Shown in pieces: positions 11,694 through 21,028 of a stretch of 64,000 bases of DNA; positions within the stretch are counted from its first letter, which is position 1, and every line of letters starts with the position of its first letter. Source of the stretch: Sedimentisphaerales bacterium (GTDB lineage Bacteria; Planctomycetota; Phycisphaerae; Sedimentisphaerales; SM23-30); NCBI GenBank assembly GCA_963666285.1, contig OY762711.1; one strand, written 5' to 3'. The translations under genes and the position numbers were made by a program. Under the pieces are notes generated by a model that was given only the letters and a program-made list of their open reading frames with translations, did not search any database and was not told the origin of the DNA.

Positions 11694-11797
11694 TTATAAG
11701 TGGAATATCTATTACTTTATAAACATTATTAAGGCATTTGGATAAAACAGTGCCAATTAAAAGAAAACTTTTTAATAAGTTATATTTTGATATTTAT

Positions 11798-12916
11798 ATG
11801 GTCACTGTAGATGGAACAGAATTTAAGCTGATGGGATATGAACGCTTTTTTGAGGTACAGGGAGCTTCTTATTTATTTAGCAGTTTTTATGCAAAGCTTT
11901 ATTCTGATTTAGGATTACTTATTATCAATAATGATGGTTTCGTTTCATTATTTTTGGATAAAAATAAGGTATCAAAAAACCAAAGAGATTCTTTTGCATT
12001 TTATAGTAGTTTAGATGAATTTCAAAACTATCTTACTTCTTTCAAACAATTTCTTTCTGAATCAGACTCTTTTTTTGAATCAATATTGTCTAAAGAGAAA
12101 ATTACAAGCTTAGATTTAAATACTTATTTCAAGCAGATCATCAAATTCTTTAATTTCTATAAATGGACTGAATTCTTTTATAGCGACTATTCTTACATTG
12201 CTGTTAAAGATAATTCTACGCTAAAGAATGGTACACTTGAAAATAATTTATTGCAATTAGGGGAAATCAAAACAGATGGGAGAATTCTTTTGAATAAGAT
12301 ATTTAATAAATCCGATTCTTATTTGAATCGTTTTTTAGATAAAATTGCTAAACTTAAACCTATAAATAGGGATGATTTGAAACTGCTTACTTATTCAGAA
12401 ATTGTCATTTACTTTGATAACGGAGTAGTGCCAAAGATAGATAACAGAAAAAATGACTTTACATTATTAACAAGCCCAGGTCTGAATTTATTAAAAAACG
12501 CCCTACATCAGGATTTTATTACGGAATTCAAGGAGCAGACTTCAGACGTTGTTAAAGGAATAGTAGCTTGTGAAGGAGCTATTGAAGGTACTGTTAGAGT
12601 TTTAGATTTCAACTTTGATAATTTTGATATTCTATTTGATTTAATTAATGAAATGAATGATGGTGAAATATTGGTGGCAGAAACAACATCTCCTGACATA
12701 TTTCTTGCGTGCGAAAAAGCTTCAGCGATTGTTACTAATCAAGGTGGTGTAGGATCACACGCTGCAATTGTTAGCAGAGAAATGGGTATTCCGTGTATCG
12801 TTGGAACTAAAGATGCAACTAAAGTATTGAAAACTGGTGACTTGGTAAAAGTTGATGCGTTTAAAGGAGTAGTTCAATTTATCAAAAAAGTGCCAAGGAA
12901 TGAAGATGGAAAATAA
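11798..12916 (+). CDS. PEP-utilising enzyme: helical N-terminal domain plus phospho-His swivel (mobile) domain
   Basis: TTSPD, GGVGSHAAIVSREMGIPC, LKTGDLVKVDA; ATG at 11798 preferred because a TATA-like box precedes it. Confidence 0.88.
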   Translation: MVTVDGTEFKLMGYERFFEVQGASYLFSSFYAKLYSDLGLLIINNDGFVSLFLDKNKVSKNQRDSFAFYSSLDEFQNYLTSFKQFLSESDSFFESILSKEKITSLDLNTYFKQIIKFFNFYKWTEFFYSDYSYIAVKDNSTLKNGTLENNLLQLGEIKTDGRILLNKIFNKSDSYLNRFLDKIAKLKPINRDDLKLLTYSEIVIYFDNGVVPKIDNRKNDFTLLTSPGLNLLKNALHQDFITEFKEQTSDVVKGIVACEGAIEGTVRVLDFNFDNFDILFDLINEMNDGEILVAETTSPDIFLACEKASAIVTNQGGVGSHAAIVSREMGIPCIVGTKDATKVLKTGDLVKVDAFKGVVQFIKKVPRNEDGK

Positions 12917-13364
12917 AATAATTGTTTTAGTTTCTTCTATTGCCATAAAAAATAACAAATTATTAATTGTACATAATAAATGGTCTGATGATAGATTTGG
13001 ATGGACTTTACCTTGTGGACATGTTGAACCAAATGAAAAGCTGGATGTAGCAGTTAAACGAGAATTTATGGAAGAAACTGGTTTACAACCATTAGAGCCG
13101 TTTAAGTTTGAGTTTTTATTACAAGTGAAAAAAGCTACAACAATGATTTATCATTTTTTTTATTCAATAACTAGATTTGATGGAGTTCCGCATGTAAACA
13201 ATGACCCTGATACTATCATTACTAATCTGGAATATTTTTCATTTTCAGAGGGTGTGTCTAAAATCTTATATGAAGATGTCAGATTTGCATTAAACAAATG
13301 GAACTCAAAAGAGACTGCTAGTCCATTATTTTATGACTTAACTACTCCTAGAGAACATTTATAA
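12900..13364 (+). CDS. NUDIX hydrolase
   Basis: Nudix box GHVEPNEKLDVAVKREFMEETG; overlaps the upstream gene. Confidence 0.9.
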   Translation: MKMENKIIVLVSSIAIKNNKLLIVHNKWSDDRFGWTLPCGHVEPNEKLDVAVKREFMEETGLQPLEPFKFEFLLQVKKATTMIYHFFYSITRFDGVPHVNNDPDTIITNLEYFSFSEGVSKILYEDVRFALNKWNSKETASPLFYDLTTPREHL

Positions 13365-13388
13365 AATATTTGAGACTCCATATTAGTT

Positions 13389-14906
13389 ATGAGTCCAGCA
13401 AAAAATGATTCAAGTGCAAGAGATGAATTGATGAGATACATTTCTGAGAAGGGATTGGTCTATGGCCCTAGCCCTAATATATACGAAGGTGGTGTTAGCG
13501 GATTTTATGATTTCGGCCCTTTAGGGAAATCATTAAAGAACAATATTGAAAATTCAATTAGAAAAGCATTTGATATCTTTTCTTTTTATGAAGTTGAATG
13601 TCCAATTGTTGTTCCTGAAAAGGTTTGGAAAGCCTCTGGTCATATTGATGGTATTTCTGATCCTATTGTAACTTGCTCTAAGTGTAATGCTGTTTGGAGA
13701 ATTGATAATTTAATAGAAGAGCAAAATTCTGATATTGATGCTGAAAACATGACTACTAAAGACATGTCTGATTTCTTATCAAACAATGAAGTTATTTGTC
13801 CTAGTTGTAAGGTTAGGTTGCCTTCTGAAGTAAAAGAACATAATCTTATGTTAAAGACAACAGTTGGTTTTGGGACTCCTATGTATAATAGACCTGAAAC
13901 AGCAACTACTACCTATTTACCATTCTTAGAGTATCTTAGATTTTTTAGAGATAAACTACCTTTTGGAGTCTACCAAATTGGAAATGCCTATAGGAATGAG
14001 ATTTCACCAAGACAGCATTTACTAAGAGGTAGAGAGTTTACGCAAGCAGAAGCACAGCTATTTCTTTTTAAGGATCAAAAAGAGAACTTTGCAAAGTTCG
14101 AAGAAGTTGCAGATCTGGAATTACCGTTTTTAACTGCTGATGCTCAATTTAATAATGGAAATGTAATTACAATGTCACTGGCTGATGCAATTACTAATAA
14201 GGTACTTAAAAATAAAGCTTATGCCTGGACGTTGGGGATGACTTATAAATTATTTAGAGATTTAGGAATTCCTCGTGAAAATTTAAGATTTAATCAACAC
14301 TTACCAGACAAGCTTGCTTTTTATGCTGATGATGCATGGGATTTAGAGGTGAAATTCAAAAGTTTTGGTTGGGTTGAATGTTGCGGTTGTCATGATAGAA
14401 CCGATTATGACTTAACAACTCATAGTAAATTTAGTGGTAAAGAGTTAGTTGCATTAAATTTGACTACAAACAAAAAGGAAACACCTCATATCCTTGAAAT
14501 TGCTATTGGGCCAAATAGGCTTCTTTTGGCTGTTTTAGACTTAAATTTAGATTTAGGAATTGAAGGTGTCAGTAAACCCAAGTTAAAGCTTCCATCAAGC
14601 CTTTCTCCTATTAAAGTAGCTATTTTACCATTGTCAAAAAAAGAGCATATATTGGAAAAATCCGAAGAGATTTATTTGAATTTGAACAAAAAGATGAGAG
14701 CTCAATTAGATGAATCTGGAAGCATAGGGAAAAGGTATTTAAGACAAGATTCTATAGGTACTCCTTTTTGTATCACTGTTGATTTTGATTGTTTAGAACA
14801 AGACAATGAGAATTATGGAAAAGTAACAATTAGAAATAGAGATTCAGAAAAACAAGAAAGGGTAAAATTTGACAATATTGAATCTTGGATTGCTACAAAG
14901 TTATAG
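13389..14906 (+). CDS. glyS: Glycine--tRNA ligase, alpha2 (archaeal/eukaryotic) type
   Basis: GFYDFGPLG, RPETA, YRNEISPR..REFTQAE, anticodon domain GSIGKRY..D.IGTPFCITVD; TTTATAAA ~25 nt upstream. Confidence 0.95.
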   Translation: MSPAKNDSSARDELMRYISEKGLVYGPSPNIYEGGVSGFYDFGPLGKSLKNNIENSIRKAFDIFSFYEVECPIVVPEKVWKASGHIDGISDPIVTCSKCNAVWRIDNLIEEQNSDIDAENMTTKDMSDFLSNNEVICPSCKVRLPSEVKEHNLMLKTTVGFGTPMYNRPETATTTYLPFLEYLRFFRDKLPFGVYQIGNAYRNEISPRQHLLRGREFTQAEAQLFLFKDQKENFAKFEEVADLELPFLTADAQFNNGNVITMSLADAITNKVLKNKAYAWTLGMTYKLFRDLGIPRENLRFNQHLPDKLAFYADDAWDLEVKFKSFGWVECCGCHDRTDYDLTTHSKFSGKELVALNLTTNKKETPHILEIAIGPNRLLLAVLDLNLDLGIEGVSKPKLKLPSSLSPIKVAILPLSKKEHILEKSEEIYLNLNKKMRAQLDESGSIGKRYLRQDSIGTPFCITVDFDCLEQDNENYGKVTIRNRDSEKQERVKFDNIESWIATKL

Positions 14907-15047
14907 AAATTGTATTTCTTTCTTTTTAATTATCCTTCAAGAAGGATTGATAAATAAATGAAAGCTAGCATACCACTAGCCTTCACAAATGAAATTCTTC
15001 CAAAACTTTCCATATGAATATCAAATAAAAACTAAGAAAATAAGAGA

Positions 15048-15896
15048 TTAGTCTCTTTTTCTTCTACTTAAATATGTTAGAATTCCTGTTGCAGCCAAAC
15101 CTAATGTTCCTGGCTCTGGTACAATTGGAGTATAGTCTTCTGAAACCATCACTCTTCCTGCTCTTCCGCCAAAATCATCTCCCGCTAAGTACATATTACT
15201 ACCATCTATAGCAACATCAGTAAGATTTCCATAATCCCTTCCAAGCATATATTCAGCTACAATACCTTTACCAACTCCACCTTCTAAGATAGTTTGATTG
15301 TCAGTTGTAAACAAGAAAGGCATACTTGCCAAACTTGAACCTGTACCGTTACCAAGTCCAGTGATTGAGCTTGTACTATTAAAAGCAAGATCAGTAGTTG
15401 TGATTGAACCATTTAATAGATTAAGCAAATCTAATCTATAATCATTATTACCAAGACTTTTTACTAATGGAGCATAATCGCTTCCGTTTAATGAAAAAGC
15501 ATCACCAACACCCTTATATGCACTAGCTACACCAAATGAAGCATTATCGAACTCATTACTTCTATTATAAATTTCTAAATCTCCATTCTGAAGATCAAGT
15601 GCGTAATTAATACCATTTTTATTCCAATTACCAGTATCTTGTACACTACTTGCATTACCTACAGTAGTTTCAAAAGTTAAATCTTTTCCAGAATCTACAG
15701 CAGCACCACCAGTACCGCTAGCATAGATTTTATCATCAGTTGTAGTAATACCTACTAATGGACCAGGCAACAAAACATCCTTATCAATGTTTATTGTCTT
15801 TGTAAGTGCTGCATCTGCATTTGGGGCTCCGGCAATACCAGCAGCCAATAAAGCAAGCCCTGTAAGTGGCTTTTTTAGGAAATTTGGAGTTTTCAT
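15048..15896 (-). CDS. PEP-CTERM sorting-domain protein
   Basis: Signal peptide; C-terminal VPEPGTLGLAATGILTYLSRRKRD. Confidence 0.9.
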   Translation of the reverse strand: MKTPNFLKKPLTGLALLAAGIAGAPNADAALTKTINIDKDVLLPGPLVGITTTDDKIYASGTGGAAVDSGKDLTFETTVGNASSVQDTGNWNKNGINYALDLQNGDLEIYNRSNEFDNASFGVASAYKGVGDAFSLNGSDYAPLVKSLGNNDYRLDLLNLLNGSITTTDLAFNSTSSITGLGNGTGSSLASMPFLFTTDNQTILEGGVGKGIVAEYMLGRDYGNLTDVAIDGSNMYLAGDDFGGRAGRVMVSEDYTPIVPEPGTLGLAATGILTYLSRRKRD

Positions 15897-15992
15897 TTTA
15901 TTATAACCTCTTTTGGTTTATGTTGTGGAATCAGACATAGTTTATATATCTTCTCCTTTTAACTATTCCTATGTGACTACACCCTGAATCAG

Positions 15993-16639
15993 TTAAAGCA
16001 TTAGTCGTTCTAAAGCCATATCAGCATCAGAATCCATCACATCTGCATATACTTGCGTTGTTGTAATCCTGGAATGACCAAGCTGTTTTTGGACAAGTCG
16101 AAGGTTACAATCGCTTGCCTTATATAAAAAGGTAGCGTATGTATGCCGAAGACTGTGGATCGAATACTGCGAGTCAAGTTTAGCTTTTTTGGCACAACGC
16201 TTGAAAGCTTTCTGTAAGGCTCTGGTGGTCAAATGCCCGCCTGTCCTGGTAGATATAAGTAAAGGTGCATCTGCATCTGTTGGTTCGCCAACGCTTTCTT
16301 TCCATTTCAGAAACTGAATACAGAGTCGCTTTACCTTTTTGGGCATAAATACCAAACGCTGCTTGCCGCCTTTACCATTTCTAACAAGAAGTGCCGGCTT
16401 TTTTGTATTGTTCAAATACATATCACCGCATGTTAAAGCTGCAAGCTCCATTACCCGAAGTCCGGTACTGATGGTTAGATGTGATACAAAGAAATCCTTG
16501 TATGCAACTCGTTCAGTGTAGGTCTGCGGTATCCTTGCATCCTTTTTGGTGATTTCTAGCAGCCACAAAGCCTCATTTCTGTCCAAAAACTTGTTTGGTG
16601 TCAGAATCCAATCATCCGAAATTAAGTTTTTTTATACAT
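15993..16639 (-). CDS. Small (catalytic-domain) tyrosine recombinase; 5' end appears frameshifted at an A7 tract
   Basis: TGLRVMEL, GKGGKQR, HSLRHTYAT, LGHS...TTQVY; AGGAG + ATG at 16639 joins the frame only if A7 were A8; ORF-track start is 16586. Confidence 0.9.
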
Positions 16640-16658
16640 ATTCAATTCTCCTATAATC

Positions 16659-16688
16659 GAGTTCACATTTGGCGAGAAATATGAACTG
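16659..16688. repeat. Left recombination-site-like inverted repeat (12-6-12 dyad)
   Basis: GAGTTCACATTT-GGCGAG-AAATATGAACTG; 16671-16688 is a perfect 18-bp inverted copy of 16865-16882. Confidence 0.85.
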
Positions 16689-16700
16689 AATAAAGAAGAC

Positions 16701-16728
16701 TTGACTTATTTAAATAATTGACTATAAA
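16701..16728 (+). promoter_or_regulatory. Sigma70-like promoter inside the candidate invertible segment
   Basis: TTGACT-N16-TATAAA. Confidence 0.45.
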
Positions 16729-16864
16729 GGAGATAGGGCTTTTTGAGAGTCTTAATGAATTGAAGACAGCTTAACTAAATTAACACTGGAGAAATGTTAA
16801 AAATAGCCTATTATGGGCTGTAAAGTTGAAATTCTAAATAATTTGAAAATATGAAAGAAAAAAC

Positions 16865-16894
16865 CAGTTCATATTTCTCGCCTTATATGAACTG
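16865..16894. repeat. Right recombination-site-like inverted repeat (12-6-12 dyad)
   Basis: CAGTTCATATTT-CTCGCC-TTATATGAACTG; spacer is the reverse complement of the left spacer. Confidence 0.85.
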
Positions 16895-17283
16895 GCTGGT
16901 CTCCGATTATACCAAATTTAGCCCGATTTCTAATCAATAAAAATAAGGATTTATAGAAGATTTTCACTATTTCTTATGAATTCTAACGAAAAAATAGCTT
17001 GTGTCTTAGAACTGCTTGCTGTTAAAATAACTAATGGAAATACAGTAATTTCTGTTATAGCAGTTATTTTGGGAATTATTACTGTAGATTAGGTTGAGAT
17101 TCGACTGGGATTCGGTCGGATTACTACAAGCAAAATATATATTATTCCAACGCATAAGTTAAGTTTATACGCTTTTGAAAGCATAAAACTTGATGAATAC
17201 CATACGAGAAGTATTATGTGTAGAAGTCGGGATATTGGAATATCCCGGAATTTAATATTATTTCCTTCGTAAAGGAGACCATT

Positions 17284-20200
17284 ATGAAAGTGATCCGTTT
17301 GTTAGTGTTACTACTGTGCTTAGCAACTGTAGTATCTGCTCAAAATACAGCACCCCTTACTATTCAGGCAGCACCAATGTCTGGGGGAGCTTCATCTTAC
17401 CCACCTGTTCCATTTGACACAAATAAATCTTTTCTGATATATACCACTGATAATGGTGATTTAGTTTCAGCGATGAATTATTATGGTTTGTCATACACTA
17501 CTCGTTCTGCTTCACAACCAGTTACTCTAAATGACTTAAATACCCATGATGTCCTTATTGTTGGATGGAATACTAGTGATAGTCCAACAACAATGTCAGG
17601 CTTAGACCCTGATATAATCTATTCAGGAATAACAGGAAGAGCTGTAATTACTGGTCATGATGCGGATTATCATGTTACTCATTCTCCCGAAGCTGGTAAT
17701 GAAGTTTTTGAACAAATGATTAAATTTGCTCTTGATGGTGTAGGTACTGGACTTGTTGCTTTTGGTGACGATAAACGTGATTTTGAATGGTTGCCAGAAG
17801 AATGGGAAATAGTAGCAGACCATGCAGATGAGGGCGAATATGTTGACAGCATAACTGAAGAAGGACAAAGTAGTGGAATTTATGACAATCTAAAAGCTCA
17901 TGCAGAAACTGGTGATCCCACCGGCATTATGTACCTTTCAAATTGGAGTAAATCATATCATAATATATTTGAAAGCTGGGGAAATGGTTTTGAACCTTTT
18001 GAACTACAAAGTAGCACTGGTAATGACGCTGTAACAATTGGAACGCCTTTTAATGCTAATGGCTTTATTTTTACAAAAGAAGACGATGTTGCTGATGATA
18101 GTTGCGTATCTCCTGAAGATGATTTAACATACACAATCTGCTACAACAACACTTCTGGTATTACTATTTATAACGCTAAAATTGTTGACTATCTGCCTAA
18201 AGGTGTTACTTACCCAGAGGGTTTCTGGAGTATTGATGGGGATATGAACCCTATACCACCAGATCCTGCGTATGATCCAAACTTCCATACTTACACTTGG
18301 GATATTGGTACTATTATACCAGATGAAGACCCCAATGCTCTGCATTGTGAATCATTAGATGTCGTTGTAAATGAAAATGCTATTCCAGGCATGACGCTTT
18401 ATAATGAAGCATGGCTTATTGGCGAATATGAAATCATAGACCCTAATTCAAGCGACCCGAATAATCCCAGTACTCTACTTGTCGAAAGAGTATTTGCTAT
18501 TGCAACAGAAGAAACTGATGTATGCTGTTGGACAACACCAACACCAACACCAAATATTATATACGTTGATAAATATGCAACAGGTGCAGATACAGGAATA
18601 GATTGGGAAAATGCCTATAATACAGAATTTGGTGTAAAGAAAGCACTAGTTCAAGCGTGGGAATCAACTTGTAGTGGCCCTTTCACAATCTATGTAGCTG
18701 AAGGAACATACTTACCTGGTACTGATTATGTGGATAGTTTTGATCTTCCAGAGGGAACTAAAGTCTATGGCGGTTTCTTAAGCGGTGGTTGTGAATTCAA
18801 TAGTAGAGACCCTAAAGGATATGAAACTAGATTGTCAGGCTATTTAGCTCAAGCTGACGCTTTGCATTTAGTTACAATGGGACATAATACTTTACTGGAT
18901 GGTTTCACTGTAGAGAGTGCTTCAGATACGCTTATTTCAGGTGAAGGTGCCGACTTTACTGTTGAAAACTGTGTTATTAAAGATAGTTGGCAAACAGGTG
19001 TTTATGCTGAAGGATGTAATGTCACTATCAAATATTGTTTGATTAAAAATAATGGTGAGCATGGTATCTACCATCAAGGTAGTGAAGTTCTTAATTTTGA
19101 ATTAAATATATTTAATTCATGGATAATGAGAAATGAAGAACATGGCATACAATGCCTATATTCAACACCTACTATAAAAAACAGCATAATATCTGAAAGT
19201 GATATGGCTACTGATGGTAAAGAAGGTATTAGAGTTACTAATCCATTCCAAAAACCCATTATATACAATAACACAATTTCAAATAACAAAGGAAAAGGAA
19301 TATATTTTGAGGATGATGGCAATGCTAGTGGCGACCCAAATGACGTAAGCCTTGATTATCCTGATATCCAGAATTGTATTGTATATTACAATAACAATAA
19401 CCTAGTGCAAATGGAAGGATTCGACCCAAATACTAATGTAGCCTATAGTTGTATACAAAACTGCTTTGAGGTTAATAACAACATAAACGCTGCACCATTA
19501 TTTGCTTATCCAGTTAATCCATTAGGTGCACCTGACCCAGATAATTATCATCTTGCTCATAACTCAATATGTCGCGATATGGGAAGTCCTTACCTTGATT
19601 ATTCTAGTCAAGTAGATTATGACAAAGAAATTCGTGTTGCAGGCATTAAGGTAGATATTGGAGCTGATGAGTTATATAGCTGTGACGGTGACTATACTGA
19701 AGATGATTTCTCAAACGATGCCGATTGGAATGCTGATGGTATTGTAAATATGTACGAGTTCAGCATATTTGCAGGTTCCTGGCTTACTAATGACCCCAAT
19801 AGTGTCGCAGGCCAGGCAGACCCCAACAGCACAATAGGTTGGGATTCAAGATGCAATTTTGATGACACTAGTAGTAGTGCCGACACCATTGATATCGCTG
19901 ACTTTGCATTCTTTATTGGTGAAGTTCCATGGCTCTGGAAAGCTTGCTGGTATGATAATTACCAAGCAGTAATGGGGGGCGAAGCTGCTATGATGTCTAC
20001 ACCTGAAACTATATCTTTAATGACTGTTGAACCAGTTGCTAGAGCAATGGCCATGACATCATTTAATACCGACACTGGGCCCACCAAAACAGGAGTGGTT
20101 GGAAAAGCTGATCCATACAGTTATTTGACAAATGAACAACTAGCTATATTTGTAAAAGATATCTATGAAATTGAAGGTATGGTAATAGAGCAAATTGAGG

Positions 20201-20289
20201 CTGGAAGTGAAGATAAAGAAGATTTAACGGAAATATTGGTTTTCTTTGATGAAATCTTGGTTGATATTCAAGAAACTTTAACCAAATAG
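17284..20289 (+). CDS. Secreted protein: DUF11-like domain, right-handed beta-helix, dockerin-like C-terminal motif
   Basis: Signal peptide; LTYTICYNN..IVDYLPKGVTY; beta-helix repeats; VDIGADE; ADWNADGIVNMYEF; AAGGAG ribosome site. Confidence 0.75.
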   Translation: MKVIRLLVLLLCLATVVSAQNTAPLTIQAAPMSGGASSYPPVPFDTNKSFLIYTTDNGDLVSAMNYYGLSYTTRSASQPVTLNDLNTHDVLIVGWNTSDSPTTMSGLDPDIIYSGITGRAVITGHDADYHVTHSPEAGNEVFEQMIKFALDGVGTGLVAFGDDKRDFEWLPEEWEIVADHADEGEYVDSITEEGQSSGIYDNLKAHAETGDPTGIMYLSNWSKSYHNIFESWGNGFEPFELQSSTGNDAVTIGTPFNANGFIFTKEDDVADDSCVSPEDDLTYTICYNNTSGITIYNAKIVDYLPKGVTYPEGFWSIDGDMNPIPPDPAYDPNFHTYTWDIGTIIPDEDPNALHCESLDVVVNENAIPGMTLYNEAWLIGEYEIIDPNSSDPNNPSTLLVERVFAIATEETDVCCWTTPTPTPNIIYVDKYATGADTGIDWENAYNTEFGVKKALVQAWESTCSGPFTIYVAEGTYLPGTDYVDSFDLPEGTKVYGGFLSGGCEFNSRDPKGYETRLSGYLAQADALHLVTMGHNTLLDGFTVESASDTLISGEGADFTVENCVIKDSWQTGVYAEGCNVTIKYCLIKNNGEHGIYHQGSEVLNFELNIFNSWIMRNEEHGIQCLYSTPTIKNSIISESDMATDGKEGIRVTNPFQKPIIYNNTISNNKGKGIYFEDDGNASGDPNDVSLDYPDIQNCIVYYNNNNLVQMEGFDPNTNVAYSCIQNCFEVNNNINAAPLFAYPVNPLGAPDPDNYHLAHNSICRDMGSPYLDYSSQVDYDKEIRVAGIKVDIGADELYSCDGDYTEDDFSNDADWNADGIVNMYEFSIFAGSWLTNDPNSVAGQADPNSTIGWDSRCNFDDTSSSADTIDIADFAFFIGEVPWLWKACWYDNYQAVMGGEAAMMSTPETISLMTVEPVARAMAMTSFNTDTGPTKTGVVGKADPYSYLTNEQLAIFVKDIYEIEGMVIEQIEAGSEDKEDLTEILVFFDEILVDIQETLTK

Positions 20290-20299
20290 CACTTGATTT

Positions 20300-20340
20300 T
20301 ACCTGCCGTCATTTGATAGAATGGCGGTGGGTAATTTTAT
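20300..20340 (+). terminator. Stem-loop/terminator after the 1001-aa gene
   Basis: TGCCGTCATT...AATGGCGGT stem followed by an AT-rich run. Confidence 0.5.
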
Positions 20341-20368
20341 TTATACAAACAACTTACAGGAGAGAAAT

Positions 20369-21007
20369 ATGAAAATAATGTTATTGGTGGTTATGGTATT
20401 ATCACAACTGAGTTTCGCAGGTTATTTTGATGCAAACCATGTAACAGAAGATGGTTTACTTGAAGATGGTGAATATGGCATTGCAGCAAGAGTTGACGGT
20501 TCTAGTACTTTGACTGTTACTGGTGGTGGTGCAGAAAGCATAGATATTTTGGGTAGTGCTCATTTAGATGTAATATCGACCAAAATTCCTTTATCTGATT
20601 CTTATAATGGAGGTGGAGGAATTTATGATATTAATGTCGAGAATTACGCCTCACTTACTTTTTCTGGTGGAGTTGTAGATAGCATTGAAATTTATAATAA
20701 TGCTACAGCAATACTTAATGGTGGAACAATAAACTCACTTGAAATTTATCAATATGGCTCTTTAGGCCAAACAGTAAGAATCGAATGCTGTGATGGTTGG
20801 AGCTGGATTTATGGTATAGAACAACAAATCAAAGGAATAACGGGTAATTGGCAAAATGGAACTCCATTCTCTATTGATTTTATAGATGCAATAAGACGAC
20901 CAGATCTTAACCCACCAGTACATACTCATGTTGAAGTTGTAACTCCTGAACCTGCATCTTTACTGATGCTCGGCCTTGGTGGATTAGTCCTTAGAAAACG
21001 AAAATAA
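20369..21007 (+). CDS. PEP-CTERM protein
   Basis: AGGAG + ATG at 20369; signal peptide; TPEPASLLMLGLGGLVLRKRK. Confidence 0.9.
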   Translation: MKIMLLVVMVLSQLSFAGYFDANHVTEDGLLEDGEYGIAARVDGSSTLTVTGGGAESIDILGSAHLDVISTKIPLSDSYNGGGGIYDINVENYASLTFSGGVVDSIEIYNNATAILNGGTINSLEIYQYGSLGQTVRIECCDGWSWIYGIEQQIKGITGNWQNGTPFSIDFIDAIRRPDLNPPVHTHVEVVTPEPASLLMLGLGGLVLRKRK

Positions 21008-21028
21008 ATCGAATTTGGAGTGTGCCTT

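Noticed and set aside
13389..14906. glyS as a resistance or biosynthetic paralogue of the adjacent cluster
   Set aside because: It has its own TATA box and looks like a complete housekeeping enzyme; copy number cannot be judged here.
16627..16633. Canonical IS1-type A-AAA-AAC programmed -1 frameshift
   Set aside because: The heptamer is not in the required frame (TAT AAA AAA ACT); kept only as a slippage or error candidate.
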